64,000 nucleotides of DNA from Camelus dromedarius (lineage: Eukaryota), in contig NC_087447.1 of the NCBI RefSeq assembly GCF_036321535.1, positions 12,586,001 to 12,650,000 of the forward strand. Reading direction: 5' to 3'. A program made the position numbers and the translations under genes. The notes under the pieces were generated by a model. That model saw only the letters and a program-made list of their open reading frames with translations, ran no database searches and was not told where the DNA came from. Positions 51,158 through 64,000 of the stretch are shown here, piece by piece. Positions within the stretch are counted from its first letter, which is position 1, and every line of letters begins with the position of its first letter.

Positions 51158-51340
51158 TAATTACTATTTTCCCTGGAGCTTTCTCTTACAGCAACATTAT
51201 AATTATTTCTCCAGAGTGTGTTGAAAATGTTTTAGGGGTAAAAGCTCCCAATTACAAGGTGGGTATAAATCATTCTCAGCAACTCATCACTTGGACCACT
51301 AGTGTCTCAAGAGAGAATCTTTCCTTGGGTCAGGTAGGGA
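51158..51340 (+). promoter_or_regulatory. Candidate promoter and first exon of OR5M5-like
   Basis: TAATTA (51158, 51200), TCCCTGGAG (51170), TATAAA (51264), TTCCTTGGG (51321), CAG|GTAGGG (GT 51334). Confidence 0.5.
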
Positions 51341-54300
51341 TGAAAATTCTGACTTCTGTTCTTGCATTTTCTCTTCTTGTTTCACCTTTGGGTCTTCATC
51401 AGTAGGAGTCTAGTGACAACAAAAACAGCTTTGAATGTGAGCTTAATTTCTTAGCCAATTAAAATTAGTCTTTATGTATTGCTTATTTAGATTGGTCACT
51501 AGAAAATATAACATTTTATTGGAATCGTGTCTTTACACTAATCATTTTCCTTTACAAATAGCATTCTTTCCATTCATTCAATAATTTAACACATTGAATA
51601 ACCATATTACAGTAAGCACTTGACAATCTTATAAACATTTTTAGAATAATATCTGTTGAAAGAATAGTTTTCCCCCTCAAAAATATTTATGGAATAATTC
51701 AAAAGAGAAACAGACAACCTCAAGCAGGAATTATACTCATTCTAGCAAAAAAAAAAAAAAAAAAACCTCATAGAACTTTACAAATCTCTCTCTAAATTAA
51801 TGGGGAGAGAGACATATTAACTAAGAGACACATGACTAGTAATGAGGGTAGGATTTGTAACTACATAAATGAATGTAACACATAATGGGAATTTAAAAAT
51901 TATTTAGTCAAAGTCTGATATTGAATAAATGAGGACTCTGAAGTCCACAGAAAAAAAAATCACTAATAATAAGATAAAAAATCTTTTCTAAATGAAGACG
52001 CACAAGAGTTTTTACTGGTGTACCATTGGCTAGTACAAAGCTACAATGTGTAGCATGATCTATAATTTAGTTTCATGCTTTGTAATCAGGCAATGTACCT
52101 TGCCCTTATATTTGTGAGACGTTGGAAGGGAGAGGTAGGTGGAAGGTGCTGGAGCTCATTATGGTAGAGTAGACAAGGAAGGTGCTCCTTCCAGGGAAAT
52201 TTATATTCACTTGAGATGCATGGCTCCACCAACCACATGACTTACGGACCATTTTCTTCATTGCCTACCTTAAAATATCACTATTTGCCCTGCTATTCTT
52301 GCAGACTTATCTGTCTCAATGACAAATTGAGGTAGTTTCTAGACTGCAACCAAACTTCAGTAGCCCTTACATCTATTTTCTGTGATCCCTTTCTTGGGTT
52401 CAATATCTCCTATTCTCCCACTCAATCCATTTTATGGGACTACAGAATGGTGGCCCTATGCACAGGGGATAACTAGTGACTGTGACAGCAGCTCGTTGTT
52501 ATTCTGCTACATCAGACATTTGCATGTCAATTGAACCCTGAGAAGGGAAAACTTTTCCTCGATAAATATTTAAATGAGTAGCATTTCAGGTACCAGTGAC
52601 ACTTGTAAAGGTGAGCTTTGCACTTTCATTGATTGATTTTTTTGAGGAGGAGAAGAGGAAATTCTTGGAACTCCAAATTTTCACCAAATATTGATAATGT
52701 TGACCAATTTACCATAAATGGCACGTCTCATTTTTTGCTCAGTGATTCCAACTAAATTATGATTAATGCTTTTTTCCTTGCATCTCTACATAAAGAAAAA
52801 AACTGAGTATCAATATCCTTGGGAATCAAATTCATTAGTATAATCAAATCTATGTTTTCTCTTTTAACTAGTTATTTATTATAATTCCAATCCAAAAGAA
52901 AGCAATTTGATATTGGAGAGTCAATGAAAACTAATGTGGAGTTTTATTTCCGTTATAGTTCTTGAAATAAAGAACACAGACTTTAAAAAACTCATTGCTA
53001 CCTACACTGACTTCTAATGACCCAGAGATTTCAAGTTGGACACCAATGTCACAAGAAAAACCCTTTTTAGAAGAGTGTCTGTTTCCCTACCTCCCTAAAG
53101 TTTAATTAATTCTTTGTGTGTGATATTTCTCTTACAGAGATCAAAATATTCATGGCTGTTTTTAAATAGGTTCAGCAATCTCTCCAATAATTTAATATGA
53201 ATTATTCAGTATTGTATGCTGGAAAAGGATTTAGAAGATGAAAGAGTTATGGAAGAAAAATTTTGATACTTACTGCATAAGTATCAAATAAATAAACAAT
53301 ATTTCTAAGTACAAGGGCACTTTGGGTGCAGTAAAAATTAAGTAAGGAGCTAACAAAAGCCATCCCCCCAGCCATTAAACATGAGCCTCTGACACATCCC
53401 AGCAGCACACACTCTTCAAAAGCATAATCTTCAGTTAAATTTCTTTCAAGTATTCCAAAGTCATTCAGATGCTTACTTTCAGTTGGGGGTAAAAAAGGTT
53501 TTAGCTCTAATGCAACTAGCTTGAATTCATCATAGAAATTTCTTATGCCATTAAAGTGGAAGATTTCGTATACTAAGTGTACGTTTTCCAAATGGACTCA
53601 TCGTTCTGGTGAAAGTGTTCTGGAAAGAGCATTTCTGTCATTTATAAATCCCAGTTCTCTGATTATTGTACTTTCCTCCCAAAGGCCAAAGCTGTAGATT
53701 TAAGCCCTGCAAATTACTTCTTTTTCAAATTTACAGGGAATTTTTGTTCACATGCATCACCGTAACATGGATGTAACACACATAAACACGTACATTCCAA
53801 ACAAATTCAAAAACATGCTGCCTTGTATCTGTCAGGGGTATTCACACTTCTCGGCCTTCTACGGGGACTGTCAATTCGTTTGGCTACTTGCCATTTTAAA
53901 ATGTTTTAGTTGACACTAAACATCTACTAAACGTAGATCAGCCCTACGTGGAGATGGGATATTTTCGATTTCTCTTGAAAGCTTTCTGTCTCTGCAGGTA
54001 CTCTTGATCCTATCTAAATGTCCTCCTTACACTTGTCCTTCTAGAAAATTCTTAGTTATCCTTCAAGCCCTAGATGAAAGTTATCATTCTTTGATCCATG
54101 TCCTGATTCCAGAGCACAATTAATTACTGTGTTCAAATCTTGTTATTGAACTAATTACTTCTAACTTTAGTTTTCTCTTCATATATCTCCTTCCCCATGA
54201 AGGCACCAACCAGGTCTTTCAAGTTAAGCACTGTTACCAGTTATCTTTATTTCCCTGGCAAAGTGATTTGCATACACATAGTGTTGACTGCTCTTTATGT

Positions 54301-54996
54301 ACAAAGATTATCTTATTATAATGACAAACTCATACAAGATCATAAAAATATTACAAGATCAAAGTAGGTAACTTCTTGGTTCAATCTCTAGGAACAGCTT
54401 AGATACTGCAAATATAATTGGTGAGTTGTTATTTGAATCTCTGTGGATCAAGCCTACAGATTTCGTTTGTTATGCTCTGGGTAAAGATAGGTTTAAAACT
54501 TGAATTATTGCCAACACTATATTTGATAAGTTTCACATAAAAATAATAATAATGAATTCTGATATCTATTTAAAATTGGATGTGTAAGATCTTGGAACAC
54601 AGGGCCAACATTACCATACAGGTAAAAGTCAACTGGCCTTTGTGTCTGCTGACTCTTTAGTCTGGAATAACCCTCTAGTTTTCTTCAGTTCACTCTTATA
54701 CCCAACCCACTTAACTCACTCTTGTTCTCTGATTGGTTCCCATAGTCATTTCAGTTTTGATTCCTTATCTTATTTATTGTATCATTTATAAAATAACACA
54801 TGAACCCATTGAGGATCCATAATGAAAATATATTCTCCAGACTCCTGGCACAAGAATTTCTCAGTCTATTCTTTCATTATAATCGATATTATCTAAAATG
54901 ATAATTTTATCTGAAAGTGTAATCCTTTCGTTATAATTAATGTCACCTAAACTCTATACTAAGGCTAATTCTCTTTCTCTTGATTAGTTTCTTTTT

Positions 54997-55140
54997 TTTT
55001 TTTCCTTTTTTTTTCTTGGGGGGAGGTGGAGGGAGGTAAGTAGGTTTATGTATTTATTCTTAGAGGAAGTGCTGGGGCTTGAACCCAGAACCTCGTGCGT
55101 GCTAAGCATGCGCTCTACTACTTGAGCTATACCCTCCCCC
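54997..55140 (-). mobile_element. tRNA-derived camelid SINE (vic-1 type)
   Basis: Minus strand reads GGGGGAGGGTATAGCTCAAGTAGTAGAGCGCATGCTTAGCACGCACGAGG..GGGTTCAAGCCCC. 16-bp TSD TGATTAGTTTCTTTTT vs TGATTCGTTTCTTTTT. Confidence 0.9.
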
Positions 55141-56053
55141 TGATTCGTTTCTTTTTATAACTTCTGGGCATTATAAGTCTGTAACGAAGATGGTTGAACT
55201 ATTCATATGTGCTGTTAGAAAATTTAGAGTCAAATTTGTGTTCCAACAATAGCTCAGATTTGCCAACTGTTTTTGTGTGCTGTAAACTCCTTAAACGTTT
55301 TCTGGGATAAATGAAAAATAAATAAATTAATTAATAAGCAAAGAAAACTGTGATCTAAGTTTGGCCACTTCCCTTTTCCTCTATCCAAGTTTCTCTTGCT
55401 TTATTCACACAAACTCTTCTGAGTGAAAATTCCTTCATGACTAATTCATACAGGACTTCATTATTTCCAAATCTGGAGTCTTTATCTTTGGTCTTTTCAC
55501 ACAGGAATACCACAATCTCCTGTATTTTTTGGATATAGTAGTAAAATGGGCCCTGGAGAATTTTCTTCAAATCTCTATAATTTGGAGCTCTCTATTACAG
55601 CAAGTAATGAGTGCAATTCTCAAAGGTCAGACTTCTAAATATGCACACACTGTTAAGAACTGCAAAAGTGTTTTCTATTACATGTCACTGTTTTGTCTCA
55701 AAATGTTCCTGGGATCAATGATAAAGCCCATAATTTTGTAGTAAATCATAAGTGGTGGTTAGTGGTTCAATCGATTTTAAATAAACTTTAGCTCATAATT
55801 CCCTCATTCTCCAACAAGTTGGAGTCACAGGAGCCATTCTCTTTGGGAATCATCTGCACATTATACACTTAGATATTACAGGTTATGACCTTCTTAAAAG
55901 TCCTACTTCCTACAGCTCCTGACTCTGCCTAATAATTGCTATGTGTGAGGGTACTTGAGAGTAGAAGAAAAAGAGAGAGAATGAGAGAGACAAGAAGCAT
56001 ATGATGGACTTCTCATTCACTTCTAAATTTATTTTAATTCATCTAAGTGAACA

Positions 56054-57010
56054 ATGCCTGCACCTAAGAAAATGGTCAGAAGAAATTCCAGCTTAGTGAC
56101 TGAATTTGTTCTCTTGGGATTAACGGATCGTCCAGATCTTCAGCCCATTCTTTTTGTGCTGTTCCTGGTGATCTACTTGATCACTGTTGGGGGGAACCTT
56201 GGGATGCTGGTCCTGATCAGGATAGATTCTCGCCTCCACACCCCTATGTACTTCTTTCTTGCCAGTCTGTCCTGCTTGGATTTGTGCTATTCCACTAATG
56301 TGACTCCCAAGATGTTGATGAACTTCTTGTTAGAGAAAAAAACCATTTCCTATACTGCTTGTTTAGTCCAGTGCTATTTTTTCATTGCCATGGTGATTAC
56401 TGAGTATTACATGTTGGCTGTAATGGCCTATGATAGGTACATGGCCATCTGTAACCCTTTGCTATATAGCAGCAAGATGTCTAAAGGGGTCTGTATTTGC
56501 CTGATTGCTGGTCCATATGTCTATGGGTTCCTTAGTGGCCTGATGGAGACCATGTGGACACACCGCTTGACCTTCTGTGGCTCCAATATCATTAATCATT
56601 TTTATTGTGCTGACCCACCCCTCATCAGGCTCTCCTGTTCTGACACGTTCATTAAGGAGACCTCCATGTTTGTGGTGGCAGGATTTAACCTCTCCAACTC
56701 CCTTCTCATAATCCTCATCTCCTACATCTTCATTCTCATTGCCATCCTGAAGATGCATTCTGCTGATGGTAGGCGCAAAGCTTTTTCCACCTGCGGGTCC
56801 CATCTGGTGGCAGTGACTGTGTTTTATGGGACCCTGTTCTGCATGTATGTTAGACCTCCCTCGGACAAGTCAGTGGAGCAGTCCAAGATCATTGCTGTTT
56901 TCTACACTTTTGTAAGCCCTATGTTGAACCCCATCATTTACAGTCTGAGGAACAAGGATGTGAAACAAGCTTTCCGGAAAGTGATCAGAAGAAATGTACT
57001 TTCGAAGTAA
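56054..57010 (+). CDS. OR5M5: Olfactory receptor OR5M5 / mouse Olfr1030-like (318 aa, intact)
   Basis: [56 protein letters not shown] matches remembered mouse Olfr1030 (Or5m5). All OR motifs present. Acceptor AG at 56046-56047. Confidence 0.9.
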   Translation: MPAPKKMVRRNSSLVTEFVLLGLTDRPDLQPILFVLFLVIYLITVGGNLGMLVLIRIDSRLHTPMYFFLASLSCLDLCYSTNVTPKMLMNFLLEKKTISYTACLVQCYFFIAMVITEYYMLAVMAYDRYMAICNPLLYSSKMSKGVCICLIAGPYVYGFLSGLMETMWTHRLTFCGSNIINHFYCADPPLIRLSCSDTFIKETSMFVVAGFNLSNSLLIILISYIFILIAILKMHSADGRRKAFSTCGSHLVAVTVFYGTLFCMYVRPPSDKSVEQSKIIAVFYTFVSPMLNPIIYSLRNKDVKQAFRKVIRRNVLSK

Positions 57011-60000
57011 AATTACAGTGCATCTTTCTTTAAATATTAAATAAAAGATATTTATGAGAACTGGATACAACTTTAACTGCATTTACAGAAAAGTCAATTT
57101 TAAATCCATGATGAAAATCTATAGTCTAACAACAAAACAGTAAAGACATAGGTATAGAAGACTTACAGTTTTACATGTGACGTGTGAGTGCATTGTGTGT
57201 AAAAGACTGGGCATTATACATGTCGATATGGGGGATCACTTCTCTTTCTTTACACACTTTGGTATTTGTAACTTTATATGTTAATTTTACATTATAAAAT
57301 TTATACATTCTCACAGTAAAACATTCCGTCTCTAGAAGAATATACAGTGAAAGAGTAAAATGTTTCCTTTTCTCTGCCTTACCCTGATCTTCCATTGTCA
57401 CGTCTCAAAATTACTATTAACAATTCCTTACATTTCCAGAAAGCTTCCGTATGTCCACAAACCAGTGTATGGCATGGCCGTATATGTATAACTGTATACA
57501 CAAAATTGTTAATACACATGTTGACTATCATGAGCTAACTTTTAGTAGTTTTAATTCTGTATCATTTACTATGCAGGGGCTTTGATTTAATGGTTTAGAG
57601 GATGTGACCACAGCTGCTGTTGACCTGCTGTCACCTCTGGGAGACAGAACTTAGGATAACAGCCTCGTGTCCATGACTGACATCCATTTATTTCCCTCTA
57701 CCTGTGAAAGTAATTTTCAATAAGACGTCTTCCTCTTTAAGTCCTAACAGGAAACAAGAATCTTCAAATAACTTATTTTTCAGATATTAACTCGTGAAGC
57801 AGGCAGAGAATGGCTGGTACAAAGATTTAGGTCTTGCCTCAGAAGGAATTTTAGCTACTCTAGAGTTTATCAATAACATTCCAGTCTCCTAAAGCCTAAG
57901 GTTTTCATGCCTTCTTTCATCTCTGCCTTTTAAACTATTTTCCAAGATATGACGGGTATTTGCTATTTATCTCATAGTTTAGATTTTACCCACAATTGTT
58001 TTTTGTCACAACTAGTTATCATGAATCCAATTTTAGAATTAATTATGATGACTTATCTGGAAGTATTTTAGTGCTAAAGGATGCACATACAAGTTGATTT
58101 TTTAAGATGTTAACATTTCAGGTGACTTTGAAGCTACATAGCATAGGCAAAGTTGATGAATGTTTGCCAATTTTCTACAATGAGCCAAGTCCTGCTCCAA
58201 GTACCAAGGACACTTCAAGGAGCACTAGGATTGTATAGTTTTGTGAAACTGCAAAGATAAAAATCAATACAATTTGCTAAGTGCTAGAGTATAAGAAAAT
58301 GAAAGGGCTGATGCTCTAGAGGAATCAATTCATTTTGAGTAAATTAAAGATTGTCTCATGAATGTACAAGGCAAGAATCTGTTCATCTTCTGCAAACCTG
58401 CTCCAACATACTCATTGCTCCCAGTACAATGTTATGCCAGACCAGGCAGGGTCTGATCAAAACAAGTGTCAGATGTTACTTTCAAAGGAAAAGGAAAGGA
58501 CACAGAACTGTAATGTCTCCCAATTGACATATTTTTCTCAGTTGTATTTCAAAGCATCCTTTCTCTCTTAGAGCTTATTTTTGCTCAGCATTTCCTGCAG
58601 AATAACATTCTCATATTCATTGACTCTATATTATCCCATACAATTATTTCAACCTTTCTACTACTAGAGCTTGTTATTTAAATAAATTTGAAAGTCAGGT
58701 TGCCTACAAATTCTGTTAAAACACACATACAAATAGGTAACTATTCTTGTAACTTCTAACATTCAATTAATAGTTTGTCAAATTCTACTTAAACAAATAT
58801 CTGGAGATATATTTCTTTTAAGTACACACTCATATAAAGTTATGTAAAATTATTTCAAATGTTAACTCAAGGTCCATGTCTTTATCTTACCACCTAGCTT
58901 GGCTTGGCACCAAATAAAGTTTCCATAATGATTATAATGTTAAAAAAATAAATAAATGAATGTCCATTTTGAAAGGAAACAAAGTGCCTCCATTTTTGCA
59001 TATATAAGAAAACTTTTTTTTGAATGGACCGATAAGTGACTCTGAGGAAGCGTATTAGTTACAAGCCAGCAGTACTGCTCAGAAATACAAGTGCCCCATG
59101 TCACTGGTATTTATGACCGACACTAGCAACATGAAGCCCATGGTTTTGCACACACGCACACAAGTTTCAGGTAAAAGAGGTTTTTCACTGAGTACTTTCA
59201 TGAACTGACTGGCTGGCATTAGACAGTCTATTTTTCAGTTCCTACTTCACTGTGCTGGCCATAGAATACGCATATGCTCGTGACGTACCTTTTCTATTAA
59301 TGAATTATTTCAGTAGACCCTGGGTTTTTACCCCCAAATTAGAGAATCTCCTTATTAATGATAAAGTCTTTCATGAAGAATGTTAAAACCATCTCTTACA
59401 TCCTTGCTCTTCTCTTTTTAAAGGTATATCTGTTGGATTCTACATTATTGAACAAACTAAGCAATGTGATGATGGAAGAATCTAAAAATAGAGAATATTT
59501 GCTATACTTTTCTAAGGAACAATTGTTATGATATGATGGTTTATATTTTTCTTTCCACCTATCTGAAAGATCTTGACTCTAATTGGTAGTTTTTCTAATG
59601 AAAAACTGATCTATGTGTATTTAAAAAAAATAATTGAATGTTCCAGGGAATGATAATACTGTAAGTCTAACATTTTTATTCATATATAATATATTTTATT
59701 GGGAATAGTGGATATCTGAAGAATGCTTAGATTTCGCACTCACACATGCATACATGAAGGAAAGAGAGAGAAATAATAATACTTCCCAAAGATCAGACAC
59801 TGTTTTAATATATGTTGTCTCACTTAATGTGGTCACCAACAGTATTATCTCAGTATTATAGTTTCTATTTTAAAAATGAGCCTACAGAGACTATGGATTA
59901 ATTAACCTAAAATCATATAGCTTAGAAAGGAAGTCCAAATGTATCTGGTTTCAAAGTTACTGATTATTTTTCTTACAATACCATACTTTTTTTGATATAT

Positions 60001-60159
60001 TTTTTGAAGGGAAAAACCATGTCATGAATAAAACTATCCTTTTCTGTCTTCCAAAAACGCTGTTGATTAGGTATTTGCTAGCTGCATGCACCCTGAATGA
60101 TATAATCCACTGTGAGAAAACCTCCTGTTTTATACTCTATAAGCAAATTCTGCCTGTTC

Positions 60160-60385
60160 AGTAAAGTGGGCTTTGTAATCAGATCCTGACTCCATCATTT
60201 ATCAACTAAATTAATAGTTAAAAGCATGAACTCTGGAATCAGATTTACTGAGGAAGTTACTCAACCTCTCTCTGCCTCAGTTTTCTCCTCTATAAGATTA
60301 ATATATGATACTTTCTTATAGGGAAGCTGTGTGGAAGAAATGGTTTAATACATAAAACACTTAGAACAGTGACTGTTACTTAGTT
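60160..60385 (+). mobile_element. MIR
   Basis: TTAAAAGCATGAACTCTGGAATCAGA...AAGTTACTCAACCTCTCTCTGCCTCAGTTTTCTC...ACTTAGAACAGTG. Confidence 0.75.
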
Positions 60386-60650
60386 TTCCCTCAGTAAAAG
60401 CTAACTCATTGCTATTATTAACTAGAAAATTACTTCATCTATTTGAGACTCATTTTCCTCTCACAGATTTCTGTATTTTTCCACTGTTACATTTAACAGT
60501 TTTTAGATATAATACCCTTATAAGTTTGGTTATTTAACTAAAATCTGTGTTCCCAGTGATACTGTAAATGCCATAAGGTCAGATGTAATGTTTGAAAGCA
60601 ATTATTTCTCTATTGCTTAGCCTGGGACAATAGTCTGTGCTCCCTAAAAA

Positions 60651-60651
<1 letters not shown>

Positions 60652-60699
<48 letters not shown>
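60652..60699. repeat. (TAGA)12 tetranucleotide microsatellite
   Basis: Read directly. Confidence 0.97.
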
Positions 60700-60853
60700 A
60701 ATACAGACAATTTTTACAAAGCAGAGAGCATGTCTTACAAAGTGATGGGAACTAGAAAACATGAAACTCACTGATGTAATCTTAAATATGTATAATTTAT
60801 TCATGCATAATAAATCTGTTTTTATTTCTATAAACAGAAGAATTCATCTGGAA

Positions 60854-61360
60854 ATGTACAGAATAAATCAGACAAAAGTGAAGGAATTTAGCTTCCTGAG
60901 GTTGACCAGTTGTCCGGTTTTGCAGCTTGTCTTCTTTGTTTTATTTCTACTTATTTATAGCATCTTTATTGTGGAAATGTTAGGCCTAACTCTGGGGATC
61001 ACGCCCTCATGTTGTCTCTTTGCCAAGCTGCCAACCTCACACAATTTGGTTAACTTTTTATTTAAAAAGATCATTTCCTTCTCCAACTTATCTAAACTGT
61101 ATAACGTGATCACACTCCTGTTAACTCAATATTTTGTTCCCGTTGCCCTCTGTGATAATGACATCCACATAATTACCTGCTTTTCATGTAGTTATAGTTT
61201 TGAGTCCGTTGCCTATGTAAGTGGTTCTGTATAGACTTGTTTAACGTCAGAATTGTTCTCTCCAGAGCTGGCAACATGGAACATCATTATGGCGGCTTGC
61301 CACTTTGTAGCTACTCAGACCAAATAAAATTTTTATTTACCAGAGACCATATTGGAATTA
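60854..61360 (+). pseudogene. Highly degraded OR5-family relic (5' half)
   Basis: MYRINQTKVKEFSFLRLT..LQLVFFVLFLLIY resembles the OR N-terminus and TM1. ITLLLTQYF (TM3) and a SD-like loop remnant follow. No TM6-7 recognisable. Confidence 0.6.
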
Positions 61361-62399
61361 CAGAATATGCCTAGAAGTATAAAGGAGCCTCAAATTTGCA
61401 TTTTTACAAACACATTTTCAATATTTTAAATCTCTGTAAGCCAGAGAAACCTCTCTGCTTTTAAATCTTATAAACATGGCTAGGTAATGATGCCTACTGG
61501 AAAGAATCAATAGCAAAATTAAAATACTATCTCTCTTATATGTTTGTGACTCTTCTTTAAAACTGACAAATAAATAGAAAGAGAACTGTAACATTTGAAA
61601 ATATGAAGAAATCCATAGTTGAATTACTACATAGATGTTTTTTTCCCAGAAGCATAAAGAATCACTATATGAAAAATTTGAAAGGTTCGTATTTGATCAT
61701 GTTTTTATGTATGAAATATTATAAACATGATGTTTTTATTTGTCTTTCTTGATAGGAAGTGATTCCTTATTAAATAACAGAATAAAATCTTATGAATTTT
61801 CAAAGAATGTTCAAACAAGAGTCAAGAATAATAGCTAGGTTATTGACTTACTGCAAATCTTTGGTTCTGAAGCCTTGATTCCTCAGTTTATAAATCTTGT
61901 CTGTCTCACATTCTATAAATAGATGTCGGATGGTAATTCAATTGTTGAATGGATTTTCCTGAGTTTAGCAAATCAGAATGCATGTTTAGGTAGCCATTGA
62001 TTTGGGAATTGCAATATATTTAAAATTTATATTTATTTTGATGGTCTTGGTTTGAGAGATCTATAGAATAAAATGGATTTTTTCCTAGAAGACTTGCTCT
62101 ATTTAATGACCTTAATGGCAGCCTGTTTCACCTGGGCAAGACTATATTGAGGACAAGTTTCATCTTATTTTACATCTCAATTAATAGAAATATCTTAATA
62201 TGCTTGTGGTGACATATTAATTTAACTCAGCTTAAAGTCGTTAAGGTTTATCAAAAGCAAGACACTGTAGTTTTTAAGAATGATTTAATATATGCGTACT
62301 GCCTATAAAGAGTGATGTTTATTTATGGAAAAAAAACCTCACAACTGTTTTACCATGAGACTTCCTAGGATAAGAGAAACTGTTAATGTATTAAAAAAA

Positions 62400-62600
62400 A
62401 TTGTTTTGTGAGCACAGAGGAAGAAAAAATTAATTCTGACTAAGGCTTTTAAGGTAGTTCTTCCGGAGGAGATGACCATAGAGCTGGGCTTTGGAAGTTG
62501 TATAGAATTTCAAAAGGTAGAGGTTGGGTGCAAAAGCATTTTCTAAAGAAAGAGGCAACTGATGGAAGGGAGAATAGCTTGGTTGTGCCTGGGACACCAA
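62400..62600 (-). mobile_element. L2c-like fragment
   Basis: GAGCACAGAGGAAG...GGAGGAGATGACCATAGAGCTGGGCTTTGGAAG. Confidence 0.5.
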
Positions 62601-63395
62601 TTACAGACAAAAAAATCCAGAAGAGGTGAGGCTAAATAGTAAACTGGATCACACGAGGAGTGAAGGGAGAGCTTTGCCAACATAATTAGACATAATTTGA
62701 TATAGGTAGGAACCATCAATACTCTAACCTGAGTAGCACCATGAGGGGCATATAAGGGGCATATAACTTTTTCATTGTTCAACATGTTTTAACATGTTCA
62801 ACGTGAGAGACAAGAATTCTGTGAAGGGCAATGCTTTCTTTTAACCAAGGTAGACAGTGACTGCATAAATGGCCACCATTGTTAATCTTACATTTTTATA
62901 AGCAGGGCTGTCTATTTTGTGTGTGTTAGGAACTAGCTTAACTAGTGTATTTATACAATTTCTTATTTGCTAGGAATAAATGCATGGTTAGAGATAGTTA
63001 AAAAACTACATAGAAAGGTTAGGGTTAATTATATGGGAAGTACTAATGCTCATAATTTGAGAATTTTTATTTCTTCTAAATACTAAACAAAGGAAAGGCA
63101 GAAACTAAAAATTCCATGTGGCTTTTTTTTGCCTCACACATGGTCAGATGTTTACACACATTCTAACATTTCAAATCCTCAAAGAAAGCCCCTGGGACAA
63201 CATCTCCAAGGTGAGAACACTGAGACTTACAGAGGTAAGTTGTCTGCACAATTATAGAGCTTATGTGTACCACAGTTGTGATTTTTCAGATGAAATCTGC
63301 TCAGTTCCAAGACTTATGTGCTGATTTTATGACGTGAATATCAGTATTAAGGAGATCAGAAATATTTCACTACAAAATATGTATTTTTTAAATTT

Positions 63396-63976
63396 TGGAA
63401 AGTGTGGGTTCATCACCAGTTGTGGGTTCTGGCCAGCAGAAGTCCCACCGAGATGGAACGATTTACTCAAGACTGGGGGAAAGTCAAGAGCGCGAGAGGG
63501 AGTCGGGAGCCAACTCTGTGAGCCTCTCAAATCTCTTATATTTATTGAGTACAGTCAGAAGCAGGAAATTAGGGAAGGACAGGGTGGGATCACAATAAGT
63601 ACAAAGGCTTTGTTTGTTGTTGGTGTTTGGCTCAAGGTCAGAAGACCCTTTTTGGGGAATCCTGTTCGTGTTGAGTCTTTCAGCTTATCAGGGCGGAACG
63701 TATGGGAATCAGCTGCTTGACAAGATTTTTCTTGGACTCAGGCGGCTGTGCCTGTCTTAGGTTGCTCCCTCAGGGGATCTTACCTTCTCACCTCTGAGTC
63801 CGCAGCGCAGCTTTTTATAACTTGTTTACCATTCCAGCCCAAGGCTGTTTGGGGGATAGAAGACTAACAGCTGGCATGCCAAGCATTTATAGCCCGGGGC
63901 CTGGGTCATTGTTAAAACCTCAAGGCCATTGCTAAGTGCATCTTCTTTAAGAAGATAAGCGGCTGGGATCCTTACA
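63396..63976 (-). mobile_element. ERV solo LTR (581 bp), probably ERV1-class and young
   Basis: TG...CA ends with 4-bp TSD ATTT (63392-63395, 63977-63980). Minus-strand AATAAA at 63541-63546. CpG-rich relative to the flanks. Confidence 0.72.
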
Positions 63977-64000
63977 ATTTGTTAACCCAATCATGGGCTC

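Noticed and set aside
53247-53591. 114-aa minus-strand ORF
   Set aside because: No recognisable domain or splice structure; length is within chance range.
6138-56803. Antisense and alternative-frame ORFs overlapping OR genes (6138-6374, 12225-12629, 12727-13194, 22726-23028, 39727-40104, 56462-56803)
   Set aside because: Expected shadows of OR codon usage; no independent coding signal.
63130-63260. O/E-like CCCCTGGGA (63189) and strong donor GAG|GTAAGT (63235)
   Set aside because: Both lie in an antisense MIR-like remnant, and no target gene is inside the window.
1-64000. Exact H/P-element 13-mer or a perfect Lhx2-EBF composite motif
   Set aside because: A by-eye scan found no exact match; 33356-33373 is the nearest. 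A bona fide cluster enhancer cannot be claimed.

Overview
Mammalian genomic DNA, almost certainly a camelid (three tRNA-derived vic-1-type SINEs plus cetartiodactyl-type L1 3' ends). The window covers part of a class II olfactory receptor (OR) cluster of family 5. Order: OR5AP-like (+), OR5M10/5M1-like a (+), 5'-truncated OR5M13-like pseudogene (-), OR5M10/5M1-like b (+), OR5M13-like pseudogene with two frameshifts (-), OR5M12-like (+), OR5M11 with one frameshift (+), OR5M5/Olfr1030-like (+), and a very decayed OR relic (+). That is five intact single-exon CDSs and four disrupted copies. The rest is AT-rich intergenic DNA full of L1, L2, MIR, Tigger1, MITE, SINE and LTR remnants, with one 238-N gap. 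I found no support for a new biological system. The best observations are: (1) a gene-conversion tract that makes the first 777 bp of the two OR5M10-like CDSs differ at only 3 sites, inside an old ~10-kb tandem duplication, while the unconverted 3' end of copy a is decaying; (2) a TATAAA followed 52-70 bp later by a CAG|GTA(G/A)G donor upstream of five OR5M genes on both strands, including a dense O/E + homeodomain cluster at 33.3-33.4 kb; (3) a ~360-bp L1 made of the 5' head joined directly to the 3' tail; (4) OR5M11 broken by a single GG>G loss. Repeat names and gene symbols come from remembered consensus or protein sequences, not database searches. All counts were made by eye.
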